Of a stretch of 64,000 nucleotides of DNA, positions 25,684-40,212 are shown one piece after another. Source of the DNA: Eledone cirrhosa (taxonomy: Eukaryota); contig OZ024745.1 of NCBI GenBank assembly GCA_964016885.1, positions 122,140,001 to 122,204,000 of the forward strand, in the 5' to 3' direction. Position 1 is the stretch's first letter. Each line of letters starts with the position of its first letter. Under the pieces are notes generated by a model. The model searched no databases and had not been told where the DNA came from. It saw only the letters and a list, made by a program, of their open reading frames with translations. The position numbers and the translations under genes are program-made.

Positions 25684-26390
25684 ACTTTTTCAACACACTG
25701 ACGCATATGTGCATATGCATATATTTATATATGCATATATACACACACCTTTACAAAAATACACACTCAGACAGTCTCACACACACACACACACACGCAC
25801 ACACACATACATTCACACAAACACATACATTCACACACACACACATACATACATTCACACAAACACACACATACATTCACACAAACATACATACATTCAC
25901 ACGGATACATTCACACAAACACATACATTCACACAGACACATACATACATTCACACACACACACACACACACATACATTCACACAAACACATACACTGCT
26001 CCCGTTGCCAAACGGAATAAAATGTAGAAATACCTGGATTTATCTAGTAATTATTTTTTTTCCCAACCTGTGGCATTCGCGACGTTTGGTAGAGTTGGGC
26101 TGCTGACAACGAAGTTCTTGACATCACTTGCGGTTCGTTTGGTTATACACGTGAGGGTGCTTGGTTGTTTCAGCACCTTAGCCTCGCCATCACCTGTAGT
26201 AATGCTACAAGTGTATTGGCTTGCTTCAAAAGTGTTTAGTGATGATGGTCACACTTGGTTGTGAATTGATGGTAGTTTTTGTTTTGCCCCTCCCCCCTCT
26301 TTGTGTGTTTATATTTGTGTTTATCAACAATATTATATTTGTAATGTTCTTTTGAAAGAATTGCGAGCAATTTATTATGTTATTTACGCA

Positions 26391-26573
26391 TTTGGCAGTG
26401 TCGGTAGAGGGTCGGACGCCATGCTTTGACGCATAGAGTTACGGCCCTTGCCATTCTGAGTTCAAATCCCGCCAAGTTAACTTTGCCTTTCATCCTTACG
26501 GGGTCGATAAAATAAAGTACCAGTAATGCACTGGGTAATTGCTGGCCTTGTGCCAAAAGTAGGAACAGTTATT
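26391..26573 (+). mobile_element. SINE family 1
   Basis: Near-consensus copy. Confidence 0.9.
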
Positions 26574-27026
26574 TATACAACTGAATAAAAGAATTTTTCT
26601 TTGTGTGTGTGTGTATATATATGTGTGTGTGTGTGTGTGTGTCTGTCTATTTATTGCTTTGTATGTTTATCTCTGTCTATCTACTTTATCTATCTATTTC
26701 GATTGTTTTATTTTGTGTATATTTTATTATTATCTATAATTATTGTTAAAGATTTTATGTTAAACCCCCGCCGTCACGTCTTGTAATGCCCCATTTTTGT
26801 ACGTCCCTGTGGCAAATAAAGAAATCTATCTATCCGGTTCATTTAATGTGAATCTGTTGTCAGCTGTGATACTTCTGACACAAGTACAAGAAAACTAAAT
26901 ATTTTCGATTGATTTTAATCTGTCACAGTTATTTGTCGTAAAATTTCACTGAAAAAAAAAGAAATTTTTTTTTTTTTTCACATCCTTTATTTGTATTTTC
27001 AATTGATTAAAGCTTTCTGTGTGGAT

Positions 27027-27212
27027 GGTGGATTGGCAGTATAGGTAGAGGGTCGGACGCCATGCTTTCCAACATACTTACGTCCCTTTACGATCTGAGT
27101 TCAAATCCCGCCGAGGTTGACTTTGCCTTTCATTCTTACGGGGTCGATAAAATAAAGTACCAGTAATGCACTGGGTAATTGCTGACCTTGTGCCTAAAGT
27201 AGAAACAATTAT
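27027..27212 (+). mobile_element. SINE family 1
   Basis: Near-identical to 38172-38361 and 59174-59357. Confidence 0.9.
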
Positions 27213-27300
27213 CAGTCACTTTACTATAATCACATCGACATTCGTCCAACTTTATATTGTATCTTTAAGTAACAACCACTATATATATATATATACATAC

Positions 27301-27520
27301 ATATACGATATTAATAAATGGAAACTATATTTATAAAACCATATTTATTTCATTATACATATTTCAGGGATACCAAATTAAATTATGGTATGCCTTCTTT
27401 ATAAATATAGTTTCCATTTATTAATATCGTATATCTACTCCAAATACTTGTCGAGTGCTTTATATCAGTTATAAAAATATTTACTTGTTGTATCCCAACA
27501 ATTTTAAATAGAACTTTTGC
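27301..27520. mobile_element. pLTR remnant of the 36.4/48.5 kb family with inverted arms; HHR truncated at the core
   Basis: Arms 27301-27337 and 27398-27434; near-identical sequence to 48388-48570. Confidence 0.75.
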
Positions 27521-27522
27521 AT

Positions 27523-27579
<57 letters not shown>

Positions 27580-27586
<7 letters not shown>

Positions 27587-27768
27587 TAACAGATTAAAGT
27601 TTAAGCAAAGAATCGCTGCTTTCCCCGTTAAGGGTGAAAGCAGCGATTCTTTGCTTAAACTTTAATCTGTTATTTTAATAAATATTTGCTCTATGGTTCT
27701 TATATATTTGATATATAATTATCCTTATCGAGCCCTCTTTGGATTTTAGTCTTCAAATTTATTATTAT

Positions 27769-27772
<4 letters not shown>
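27580..27772. mobile_element. pLTR remnant: 44-bp-arm palindrome (27580-27679) centred on HHR stem II, plus tail
   Basis: Arms match the 3' half of the HHR at 15491; the spacer CCCGTTAAGGGT is stem II; the tail recurs at 35004-35095. Confidence 0.7.
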
Positions 27773-27808
<36 letters not shown>

Positions 27809-27863
27809 GCACACATACATACATATACACACACATACATACATACATACATACATACATACA

Positions 27864-27894
<31 letters not shown>

Positions 27895-27898
27895 TCTT

Positions 27899-28130
27899 TC
27901 TTGGGACGGGAACTGATTCTGGCTTGATTTCTACAGCTGGATGCCCTTCCTAACACCGACCTCATTTACAGTGAGTGCTGGGTGCTTTTATGCCGTGGCA
28001 CCTCCACGACCACTTTGCAGTGGAATGATAGGGACCCCAGTCCCTATCATCTCATTTCTACAGCTGAGTAAACTGGAGCAATGTTAAATAAAGTGCCTTG
28101 CTCAAGGAAACAACACATCACCCGGTCTGA
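27899..28130 (-). mobile_element. SINE family 2 fragment
   Basis: Reverse complement of 10318-10550. Confidence 0.85.
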
Positions 28131-28184
<54 letters not shown>

Positions 28185-28225
28185 ACATATATATATTTAA
28201 TTTGAGAGTGAACAACACATAACTA

Positions 28226-28287
28226 CTCCGTTACCAAAGGTTTCTGGATCACAGACGGTAATAATATTCGCTTGGATCGGTCGTCAG
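28226..28287 (-). ncRNA. Hammerhead ribozyme remnant (stem I 5' strand replaced by microsatellite)
   Basis: rc: CTGACGA CC-GATC...GATC-CA GAAA CC-TTT-GG TA ACGGAG. Confidence 0.5.
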
Positions 28288-28318
28288 GCACACGCACACG
28301 CACACGCACACGCACACA

Positions 28319-28580
<262 letters not shown>

Positions 28581-29608
28581 TACATATATTTATATATATA
28601 ACAAGAAATAAGCTGGCTTTGTGACATACTTACAAACACATAAGCACACCATGCAAATCAAACTGTACACACGTATTGATCACTACAGTTATTGATTTAT
28701 CCGTTTTGCATGGCCATAATGGAGGTGTCTGATGGTATTTAAAAATAGTTGTGGAAAATACATTTTGTATATATTCCTTGGCTTACATGGTTCCTTTAGG
28801 TAAGTGTGTGTATATATATGTGTGTATATGTTATATGTATGTATATATATATATGTATGTAGGTATGTATGTTTATGTATATATATGTATATGTATGCAT
28901 GTATGTGTATATGTGTATGTGTGTATATGTGTATGTGTATATGTGTATGTATGTGTGTATGTATGTATGTGTGTGTATGTATGTATGTGTGTATATATAT
29001 ATATATATATATGTGTATGTATGTATGTATATGTGTATGTATGTGTATGTATATATATATATGTGTATGTATATATGTATATGTATGTGTATGTATGTAT
29101 ATATGTATGTGTATGTATATATATGTGTGTATGTGTATGTATATATATGTGTGTATGTGTATATATGTGTGTATGTGTATGTATATATATATATGTGTAT
29201 GTGTATGTATATATATGTGTGTATGTGTATGTATATATGTGTGTATGTGTATGTATATATATGTGTGTATGTGTATGTATATATATGTGTGTATATATAT
29301 GTGTATATGTGTATGTATATATATGTGTATATGTGTATGTATATATATGTGTATATGTGTATGTATATATATGTGTATATGTGTATGTATATATATATGT
29401 GTATATGTGTATGTATATATATGTGTGTATGTGTATGTATATGTGTGTGTGTATGTGTGTGTATATGTATGTGTGTATATATATGTGTATATATATGTGT
29501 GTGTGTGTATATATGCGTGTGTATATATGTGTGTATGTATATGTATATATATATATATATATATGTGTGTGTAAGAAGAAATTAAAAGATGGTTAAAAAA
29601 GTTCCATA

Positions 29609-29676
29609 TATTTTATTATGCGCATTTCAAAAACAAATATCTTGGGACGACAGTTGCGTTCTCGTCAGATAAAATA
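29609..29676 (-). ncRNA. Minimal type I hammerhead ribozyme with palindromic stem III
   Basis: rc: TATTTTAT CTGACGA GAACGCAA...TTGTTTTT GAAA T-GCGC-A TA ATAAAATA. Confidence 0.8.
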
Positions 29677-32646
29677 AGGTAACATGATATGATGCCTAAA
29701 AAAGCACTTCTCAACAAGAAAGTGTCTAGTCAACATATGTGTGTATGTATATATATATGTATGTATGTATATATGTATATGTATATATATATGTATGTAT
29801 GTATATATGTATATGTATATATATATGTATGTATGTATATATGTATATGTATATATGTGTATGTATGTATATATATATATATATGTGTATGTATGTATAT
29901 ATGTGTATGTATGTATATATGTATGTATATATGTATGTATATATGTATGTATGTATGTGTATGTATGTATGTATGTATGTATATATGTGTATGTATGTGT
30001 GTATGTATGTATATATGTGTATGTATGTATATGTGTATGTATGTATATATATATGTGTATGTATGTATGTATGTATATATGTATGTATGTATATATATAT
30101 GTGTATGTATGTGTGTATGTATGTATATGTATGTGTATGTATGTATATGTGTATGTATGTATATATATATGTATGTATGTATGTGTGTATATGTATATAT
30201 ATATATGTATGTATGTGTGTATATGTATATATATATATGTATGTATGTGTGTATATGTATATATATATATGTATGTATGTGTGTATATGTATATATATGT
30301 ATGTATGTGTGTATATGTATATATATGTATGTATGTGTGTATATGTATATATATGTATGTATGTGTGTATATGTATATATATGTATGTATGTGTGTATAT
30401 GTATATATGTGTATGTATGTGTGTATATGTATATATGTGTATGTATGTGTGTATATGTATATATGTGTATGTATGTGTGTATATGTATATATGTGTATGT
30501 ATGTGTGTATATGTATATATATATATGTGTATGTATGTGTGTATATGTATATATATATGTGTATGTATGTGTGTATATGTATATATATATATGTGTATGT
30601 ATGTGTGTATATGTATATATATATATGTGTATGTATGTGTGTATATGTATATATATATATGTGTATGTATGTGTGTATATGTATATATATATATGTGTAT
30701 GTATGTGTGTATATGTATATATATATATGTGTATGTATGTGTGTATATGTATATATATATATGTGTATGTATGTGTGTATATGTATATATATATATGTGT
30801 ATGTATGTGTGTATATGTATATATATATATGTGTATGTATGTGTGTATATGTATATATATATATGTGTATGTATGTGTGTATATGTATATATATATATGT
30901 GTATGTATGTGTGTATATGTATATATATATGTGTATGTATGTGTGTATATGTATATATATATGTGTATGTATGTGTGTATATGTATATATATATGTGTAT
31001 GTATGTGTGTATATGTATATATATATGTGTATGTATGTGTGTATATGTATATATATATGTGTATGTATGTGTGTATATGTATATATATATGTGTATGTAT
31101 GTGTGTATATGTATATATATATGTGTATGTATGTGTGTATATGTATATATATATGTGTATGTATGTGTGTATATGTATATATATATGTGTATGTATGTGT
31201 GTATATGTATATATATGTGTATGTATGTGTGTATATGTATATATATATGTGTATGTATGTGTGTATATGTATATATATATGTGTATGTATGTGTGTATAT
31301 GTATATATATATGTGTATGTATGTGTGTATATGTATATATATATGTGTATGTATGTGTGTATATGTATATATATATGTGTATGTATGTGTGTATATGTAT
31401 ATATATATGTGTATGTATGTGTGTATATGTATATATATATGTGTATGTATGTGTGTATATGTATATATATATGTGTATGTATGTGTGTATATGTATATAT
31501 ATATGTGTATGTATGTGTGTATATGTATATATATATGTGTATGTATGTGTGTATATGTATATATATATGTGTATGTATGTGTGTATATGTATATATATAT
31601 GTGTATGTATGTGTGTATATGTATATATATATGTGTATGTATGTGTGTATATGTATATATATATGTGTATGTATGTGTGTATATGTATATATATATGTGT
31701 ATGTATGTGTGTATATGTATATATATATGTGTGTGTATATGTATATATATATGTGTGTGTATATGTATATATATATGTGTGTGTATATGTATATATATAT
31801 GTGTATGTATGTGTGTATGTGTATATGTATGTGTGTATATGTATATATATATGTGTATGTATGTGTGTATATCTATATATATATGTGTATGTATGTGTGT
31901 ATATGTATATATATATGTGTATGTATGTGTGTATATGTATATATATATGTGTATGTATGTGTGTATATGTATATATATATGTGTATGTATGTGTGTATAT
32001 GTATATATATATGTGTATGTATGTGTGTATATGTATATATATATGTGTATGTATGTGTGTATATGTATATATATATGTGTATGTATGTGTGTATATGTAT
32101 ATATATATGTGTATGTATGTGTGTATATGTATATATATATGTGTATGTATGTGTGTATATATGTATATATATATGTGTATGTATGTGTGTATATATATGT
32201 GTATGTATGTGTGTATATATGTATATATATGTGTATGTATGTGTGTATATATGTATATATATGTGTATGTATGTGTGTATATATGTATATATATGTGTAT
32301 GTATGTGTGTATATATGTATATATATATGTGTATGTATGTGTGTATATATGTATATATATATGTGTATGTATGTGTGTATATATGTATATATATATGTGT
32401 ATGTATGTGTGTATATATGTATATATATATGTGTATGTATGTGTGTATATATGTATATATATATGTGTATGTATATATGTATATGTAGATACGCGTATGT
32501 ATATGAGTATATATATATATATGTGTGTGTATGGATATGTATATGTTTGTATATATATATACACATGAATGTATATATATATTTATATATATATATATGT
32601 GTATATGTATGTATGTGTATGTATGTATATAGGCGTGTATGTATGT

Positions 32647-33200
32647 CTCATGGTCGGGTCGTTGGCGACTAAACTGGCAACCCCACCAAGGTTTCTTGGT
32701 GAGGAGGGTGACTTTGGACATCCTGCAGGACTAAAAACAAAACCTGTCAAAGGGCAAGGGAGCTCTTAAGAGTCAATGGCCATCCAAAATCACTGGGAGA
32801 GATGACCCCTTAGCCTTTATCAAGGCAGAATTCTAGGAGAAGGAAAACTCTGATATAACACCTGCAACCCTGATGGTATCCAATGATGTTGACTTGTTCT
32901 TTTTGGTAAATATCATCTTGGTTAAGAGAGTGGGACTGGCTTTGTGCAGTGCCTTTGCTCACTATAAAAGCTTCACGGCACAGGCATTGCTTTATATCTG
33001 GAGATCTCTCTGCACTTGTCGTCACATGGTACCATGGGCCCTGCACTATGTGTCAATAATGGTCACAAGTGTAGTCTTTGTACCAGAGTTTTCAAGTCGC
33101 TGGCTGCACTAAAAAGTCACATTCGTTCAGCGCATCGGTAGGGGTTCTCCTACATGGATATAAAGTAGTGGCCGTACTCGAAAACGAGTTGGCAGCCACC
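32647..33200 (+). mobile_element. Internally deleted RTE element (5' UTR fused to C-terminal zinc finger and 3' end)
   Basis: RTE 5'-UTR-like TAGGAGAAGGAAAACTCTGA; 33061-33141 reads [26 protein letters not shown]; flanks duplicate GTATGTATATAGGCGTGTATGTATGT. Confidence 0.65.
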
Positions 33201-34597
33201 ATGTATGTATATAGGCGTGTATGTATGTATATAGGCGTGTATGTATGTATATAGGTGTGTATGTATGTATATATGCGTGTATGTATGTATATATTCGTAT
33301 ATGTATGTATATATGCGTGTATGTATGTATATATATGCGTGTATGTATGTATGTATGTATATATATATGCGTGTATGTATATATATATATATATGCGTGT
33401 ATGTATATATATATATGCGTGTATGTATATATATATATATATATGCGTGTATGTATATATATATATATGCGTGTATGTATATATATATATATGCGTGTAT
33501 GTATATATATATATATGCGTGTATGTATATATATATATATGCGTGTATGTATATATATATATATGCGTGTATGTATATATATATATATGCGTGTATGTAT
33601 ATATATATATATGCGTGTATGTATATATATATATATATATGCGTGTATGTATATATATATACATGCGTGTATGTATATACATGCGTGTATGTATATACAT
33701 GCGTGTATGTATATACATGCGTGTATGTATATACATGCGTGTATGTATATACATGCGTATATGTATATACATGCGTATATGTATATACATGCGTATATGT
33801 ATATACATGCGTATATGTATATACATGCGTATATGTATATACATGCGTATATGTATATACATGCGTATATGTATATACATGCGTATATGTATATACATGC
33901 GTATATGTATTTACATGCGTATATGTATATATATATGTATATACATGCGTATATGTATATATATGCGTATATATGCGTATATGTATATATATGCGTATAT
34001 GTGTATATATATGCGTATATGTGTATATATATGCGTATATGTGTATATATATGCGTGTATATGTGTATATATATGCGTGTATATGTATATATATATGCGT
34101 GTATATGTATATATATATGCGTGTATATGTATATATATATGCGTGTATATGTATATATATATATGCGTGTATATGTATATATATATGCGTGTATATGTAT
34201 ATATATATATGCGTGTATATGTATATATATATATGCGTGTATATGTATATATATATATGCGTGTATATGTATATATATATATGCGTGTATATGTATATAT
34301 ATATGCGTGTATATGTATATATATATGCGTGTATATGTATATATATATATGCGTGTATATGTATATATATATGCGTATATGTATATATATATGCGTATAT
34401 GTATATATATATGCGTATATGTATATATATATGCGTGTATGTGTATGTATATATATATATATGAGTATTTATGTGTGTGTATGTATGTATGTATACATGT
34501 ATATGTATATATACATGTATATGTATGTATGTATACAGTTATATGTATGTATAGTTACATGTATGTATACATATGTATATATACATATACATGTATA

Positions 34598-35520
34598 TGT
34601 ATGGGAGAAGCATGGTTTTCCCAGATGAAGGCCAGCCACTTTTATGGTTTGACCCTGAGCTGTGTTGATAGTAATCGCGAAGCTTAGTCTCTCTGTTGCT
34701 CTAGTAACACTTTTTCTTCTGGAAAATCTGATTTTGCGGCCAGGCTGGAACATTTTGGGTGGCATGTCGGCAGTAACAATGACGATAAGCTGTCTGTGCT
34801 TTCGTGAAATAAATACGTTTGTTTTTCACCATTAACGGGATGTTCTGAAACAAAAAAAAAAAATCAATCTGTGAACGCAGAAGTAAATATTTTGAAAAAC
34901 GTTGCAACCGAAGGAAAACAGGAAGACGATACTTTGGATCGTAAAGACGTTCCCTGGAAATGAACGGAAAAAAAGCGAAGACAATACGTCAGCAATGAGG
35001 ACAATATTTGCTCTAGGGTTCTTATATATTTGATATATATTTATCCTTATTGAGCCCTCTTTGGATTTTAGTCTTCACATTTATTATTATTACTAATTAT
35101 ATATATAATTAATTATTGAGAGGGCGTGCACTGAATTAATTAAAAGTTGGTTCGAAGCGAAGTCAATGCAAACAGACAGACAGGCAGCCAGACAGACAGA
35201 TATTATAATCGTGCGACGTTATAGCTATGTATCTAATGCAGACAGCCAGACATAGAGAGACATATTATAAGGGCGCAACGTTATAGCTATGTATCTATCT
35301 AAAAAGACAGACTAAGAAAGAGAGGAATGTCGTATAACCGGAAGTGTTGACATTTGAAAATTTTAAAGAAGTGAATATTTAAATAAACGATAAAATATCC
35401 TTAATCTTTTAACGAAATTTAGCAGACAAAAATACCCTCACTTTCGTTATATCTAGGGTGCCTTTTGGTCCAGCCGTTTGGCGAGAGGTTTGTTACATAC
35501 ATACGGCCGTTAGCTTTATA
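34598..35520 (-). mobile_element. Helitron-derived composite with a helicase fragment and a captured pLTR
   Basis: ORF 34469-34765 contains RLSFAITINTAQGQTIKVAGLHLGKPCFSH (PIF1/Helitron helicase motif); shares blocks with 13110-13380. Confidence 0.7.
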
Positions 35521-36152
35521 TATATATATATATATATAATGTATGTATGTATGTATGTATGTATGTATGTATGTATGTATGTATGTATGTATGTATGTAT
35601 GTATATGTGTGTGTGTGTATATATATGTATGTATGTATGTATATGTGTGTGTGTGTGTATATATATATATGTATGTATGTGTGTGCGTGTATATATATAT
35701 GTATGTATGTGTATGTATGTATGTGTATATATGTATGAATGTGTGTGTGTACATATGTATGCATGTGTATATATATGTATGTATGTGTATGTATGTGTAT
35801 ATATGTATGTGTGTGTATAGGTATGTGTATGTGTATATGTGTGTATGTATGTGTATACATGTATGTATGTATGTGTATACATATATGTAGTGTATATGTG
35901 TGTATGTGTATATGTATGTTGTGTATATGTATGTGTATACATGTATGTATGTGTATACATGTATGTATGTATGTGTACACATGTATGTATGTGTGTGCGT
36001 GTATGTATGTATTCTAAACAATTTATTTTTTTATGTTTAATTCTATTTTCTATCCGTCAAAGTTTATAAATATCTAATCCAGATTGACCAGACGATCATA
36101 TAGGAAATAATCTTAGACAGCAGAAAATGGACTGTGTAGTGTGTATTTTTAC

Positions 36153-36235
<83 letters not shown>

Positions 36236-36291
36236 ACACACATACATACATACATACATACATACATACATACATACATACATACATACAT

Positions 36292-36353
<62 letters not shown>

Positions 36354-36355
<2 letters not shown>

Positions 36356-36802
36356 GATATTAAACAAATGGAAACTATATTTATAAAACCATATTTATTT
36401 CGTTATATATATTTCTGCGATATCATATTAAAAATATGGTATGCCTTCCCCAGACAAAATACAATACATAAGCTGTTTTATAAATAATTTTGACATACCT
36501 TATAATAATGCAACTTCCATTTAAAAAGTTGATAATCAACTTTTTAAATGGAAGTTGCATTATTATAAGGTATGTCAAAATTATTTATAAAACAGCTTAT
36601 GTATTGTATTTTGTCTGAGGAAGGCATACCATATTTTTAATGATATCCCAGAAATATATATAACGAAATAAATATGGTTTTATAAATATAGTTTCCATTT
36701 GTTTAATATCGTAAACCTACTCCAGAAACTGTTGAGTGCTTTTATATCAGTTATAAAATATTTACTCGTTGTAACCCAACAATTTTAAATATAACTTTTG
36801 CA
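36354..36802. mobile_element. pLTR palindrome (~180-bp arms, 36354-36712, 1-nt spacer) plus tail
   Basis: Axis GTTGAT-A-ATCAAC; flanked by (TA)n/(CA)n; same family as 48388-48761. Confidence 0.8.
36607..36670 (+). ncRNA. Hammerhead ribozyme (N7=G); the mirror copy on - has a broken core
   Basis: TATTTTGT CTGAGGA AGGCATACCA...TGATATCCCA GAAA T-ATAT-A TA ACGAAATA. Confidence 0.65.
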
Positions 36803-37397
36803 TATATATATATATTGTTTTTACTAGGCTTTCGTCATCACAATAAATATTATCAAATATATTTATTTAATCAACTTATGACACTTATTATGAAAAGATT
36901 ATTTCTTTAAAGAGGGAAGAGGAACATGTGTACACGTTTTTACATTCCAGCAATCACTTTGTTTGTATATATATATATGTAAGAAGCTTAATTTTATCTA
37001 CTGTTTCTTCCTTTCCTCTGAAGCTCTATGTAGCTTAGGATATGTTGTTTTTTCTTTGTTTTGTACTTTTATCGTTTCCCTCTATTCACCACCAGCTCTT
37101 TTTTTTTTCTTTTCTTTTATTCGCTTTTTATTTTTATTTGTTTCTGCTTATCTTCACTCGCCAAACTGTTGAAATATATTTACTTTCCTTGACCCTCTGT
37201 CAGTATTTTCATTCAGGTTTCGTTTCTACTTTTAGTTTTATCTGTATATACTTTTTATATATATTTTTTATTCATTCATTCAAATTTTCCGTTGTCATAT
37301 AATACAATAGTAAAAAGTCGTTTTTTTTTGTTATTTTTTGCTATCTTAATGAAATCTGTTTGAACCCGCATTAGCGAGTTTGGAGAATTAATTCTTA

Positions 37398-37782
37398 ATC
37401 TATATATAAATTTCTGCGATTCTGTCACAACACGTAAAGAGAGAGGAATAGTTTGACTACTTCACACTACTCCTCTCTCTTTACGTTTGCTGCCTGTGTG
37501 AATGTATGTGTGTGTAAACGGAAGGGAAGGGGATGTGAAAAACTGCGCTGTGTGTTTGTGTAAATGTGTGTGTTTGTAAAAGCAAGCCAGGAGGTGGTGA
37601 AAAAACTATAGCAAAATAGCGGCTGGCGTTCCATTTGTTATGCTGTTTGTGTGTATGTGTTTGTGTGAATGTATGTCTGTGTGCATATTTTTGTGTGTCT
37701 GTGTTTGCACGTTTATATATGTACTCATACATTTAAATGTATGCACTTACACACACTTATACGCGTTAGCGTATGGAAAAAA
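37398..37782 (-). repeat. Dispersed repeat family E
   Basis: Reverse-complement similarity to 2052-2383. Confidence 0.65.
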
Positions 37783-38171
37783 TTTCGTTATACTGAAAAA
37801 ATCGTTATAATGGTGTTCGTTATAACGAAATTTTACCTGTAAACAGTTTTGTAATGTAGAACCAGGATCAGTTTCAGGCAGCTTAGTATGAAAAGGGTCA
37901 AATATAGAGTACACATTGAGACACTTGTAAGATATGTTGGAGTATGTGATGTTTATAACTGGAAGCTTATTAAGAATTAATCAATTGTAGAAAGTTCTGA
38001 CTACCTTTCACATATTGATTTTACATAAATTGACCACTACATACCTAACATTTTCGAGAAATTTCAATTGAATATTTTTTTCTTATCAATCAATGCATTG
38101 CTTGTATAATCTTGTCATTTCGAGGTTATAGGTCATGGTTATTGAGTTTGGCTGTGATTATTTTATCTAGC

Positions 38172-38361
38172 GGTGGTGGATTGGCAGTATCGGTAGAGGG
38201 TCGGACGCCATGCTTTCCAGCATAGTTACGTCCCTTTACGATCTGAGTTCAAATCCCGCCGAGGTTGACTTTGCCTTTCATCCTTACGGGGTCGATAAAA
38301 TAAAGTACCAGTAATGCACTGGGTAATTGCTGGCCTTGTGCCTAAAGTAGAAACAATTATT
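38172..38361 (+). mobile_element. SINE family 1, reference full-length copy (~190 bp)
   Basis: A-box-like TGGCAGTATCGG, B-box GTTCAAATCCC, conserved central GCCTTTCATCCTTACGGGGTCGATAAAAT. Confidence 0.9.
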
Positions 38362-38644
38362 TTATCTATGTTTCTGCTTTGCAGCATTTGGAAATTATCA
38401 AGCTCAGAGTTTGAAGATTATTCCTCATCTGACATTGTATGTAAATGTTGATAATTTGAAAAAGGAGTGAGAGAAGAGTGATGAAGCGGGGATTATTATA
38501 GGATGTGTTGGCTTAGATATATAGTATTTAGTGAACATTGAACACCTACAAAGACGAGAGAGAGAGTAAACAAACGATCTTACAAAAGAAAAGGGCACTC
38601 TGAAGTTTGACGTATTAATCTTACAACATCGACTATTATAAAAT

Positions 38645-39172
38645 ACTAGCTGGCCCTGTGCCGTCAAAAATGACAGCTAATTTTTTGTAATATCTATACC
38701 TAATATAAAAAAAGGGATGTTTGTTGGTTGGTTCCTTTGCGCTCATTCAAATAAGTGATACAATCATACAAACACACAGCTGTGACGAATCTTAGAATTC
38801 TGGACTTCTATAGTTTCTCACCCCCTCCTCAGTCATCACATAGATGTGTGTGTGTATTACACACCCCTTCCTTCCTCAGCCGACATATCACCCCTTCCTT
38901 CCTCAGTCGACATATCACCCCTTCCTTCCTCAGTCGACATATCACCCCTTCCTTCCTCAGTCGACGTAATCCTTCCTTCCTTCCTTCCTCAGCCGACATA
39001 TCATCCTTTCCTTCCTCAGTCGACATATCACCCCTTCCTTCCTCAGTCAACGTAATCACCCCTTCCTTCTTCAGTCGACATAATCACTCCTTCCTTCTTC
39101 AGTCGACATAATCACCCCTTCCTTTCTCAGTCATCTCTAGTGCGTGACGGACAAATACACAAGGTTATTATA
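38645..39172 (-). mobile_element. Helitron-like element containing a 27-bp minisatellite (38864-39133)
   Basis: rc 3' end GACGGCACAGGGCCAGCTAGT; unit CCCTTCCTTCCTCAGTCGACATATCAC. Confidence 0.5.
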
Positions 39173-39860
39173 TAATTGTTTAATATTTTAAATATTTCTT
39201 GTGGTTTGGTATATATTGTTACTCCCCCTCCCTACACACCATTGCACTAAGCATTTTTTCCTTTTTATTTATTTATTTGAACTTTTTGACTAGCTGTAAA
39301 TCATACCTCTTAACCTGTTTCATTCCAAACTGGCTGAGGTTATCTTTAGTTCTATGACACATAAGTATTTATCTAAGAACATTTTATCATAATTGTATGT
39401 AAGAACCTTAATTTTTTAAATCCTGTAATGGTTTAGTAGAAAATATTTTAAAACAGGTTTGCTAGTTCAAATGTTTAGAGTATCTTTACTAGTGGATAGA
39501 TTATTGTGTAAATTTGTAGTATAATTTCTTATCCTATAATGATTTATCAGAGAATATCTAAAAATGGGTTATTAATTCAAATGTTTATAGCATCTTTACT
39601 AATTGACAGATCGTTATAAAAATTTGCAGTATTAGAGTAAAGACCTCGATTTTTAATGTGATGCAGTCAATGTGCTATTTTGTGCTTTTCAAGAATTTCT
39701 TGTTAATGTGATTTCATGCAGTACAGAATATTAAGATTTAAGGTAAACTAATTATTAACATTTTTAATGTAATATAGCCATAGTGCTGTTATATACATTT
39801 CAAGAATGTTTCTCATGTGGTTCAGGATATTAAGAGTTAATGATGATAAAGCTAGTTATA

Positions 39861-40212
39861 CAGCTGCCCCCCGGTGTTTGCAGAAGTTACGTTCCTAGAG
39901 CATCCACGAAGAGTGAAAAACTGCGAATATTGGACGTTGTCCATAAAAATGCCTTTAAATGTCAAAATATAACGTAAAATATATTAGAAAAAGAGGGAGT
40001 GGAGCGTCTTATATGAAGGGGCGTCCAATAGACTGGCAAATATGGTATATTGTTATTAATAATTTAGCATCAAAAAAATATATATTGCCACGAAAAAAAG
40101 CTATTAAAAAAATCACGGAAGATATTTACGATTCTGTGAATATGCGGCTGTTTCCATGAACAATTATTGGTTTGGTTCTAAGGAAAATTCCGCAAATGCC
40201 AGGGGTACACTG
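39861..40212. mobile_element. pogo/Tigger-like MITE
   Basis: TA|CAGCTGCCCCCCGGTGTTTGCAG ... CCGCAAATGCCAGGGGTACACTG|TA. Confidence 0.65.

Larger units (their letters stand above)
28804..34600. repeat. Large compound (TA/TG) micro/minisatellite field with unique islands at 29573-29735 and 32647-33200
   Basis: Units such as GTGTATGTATGTGTGTATATGT(AT)n and ATGCGTGTATGTAT; source of the >900-aa ORFs on both strands. Confidence 0.95.

Noticed and set aside
29689-34687. ORFs of 400-977 aa on both strands
   Set aside because: Alternating purine/pyrimidine microsatellite cannot encode stops; no protein signal
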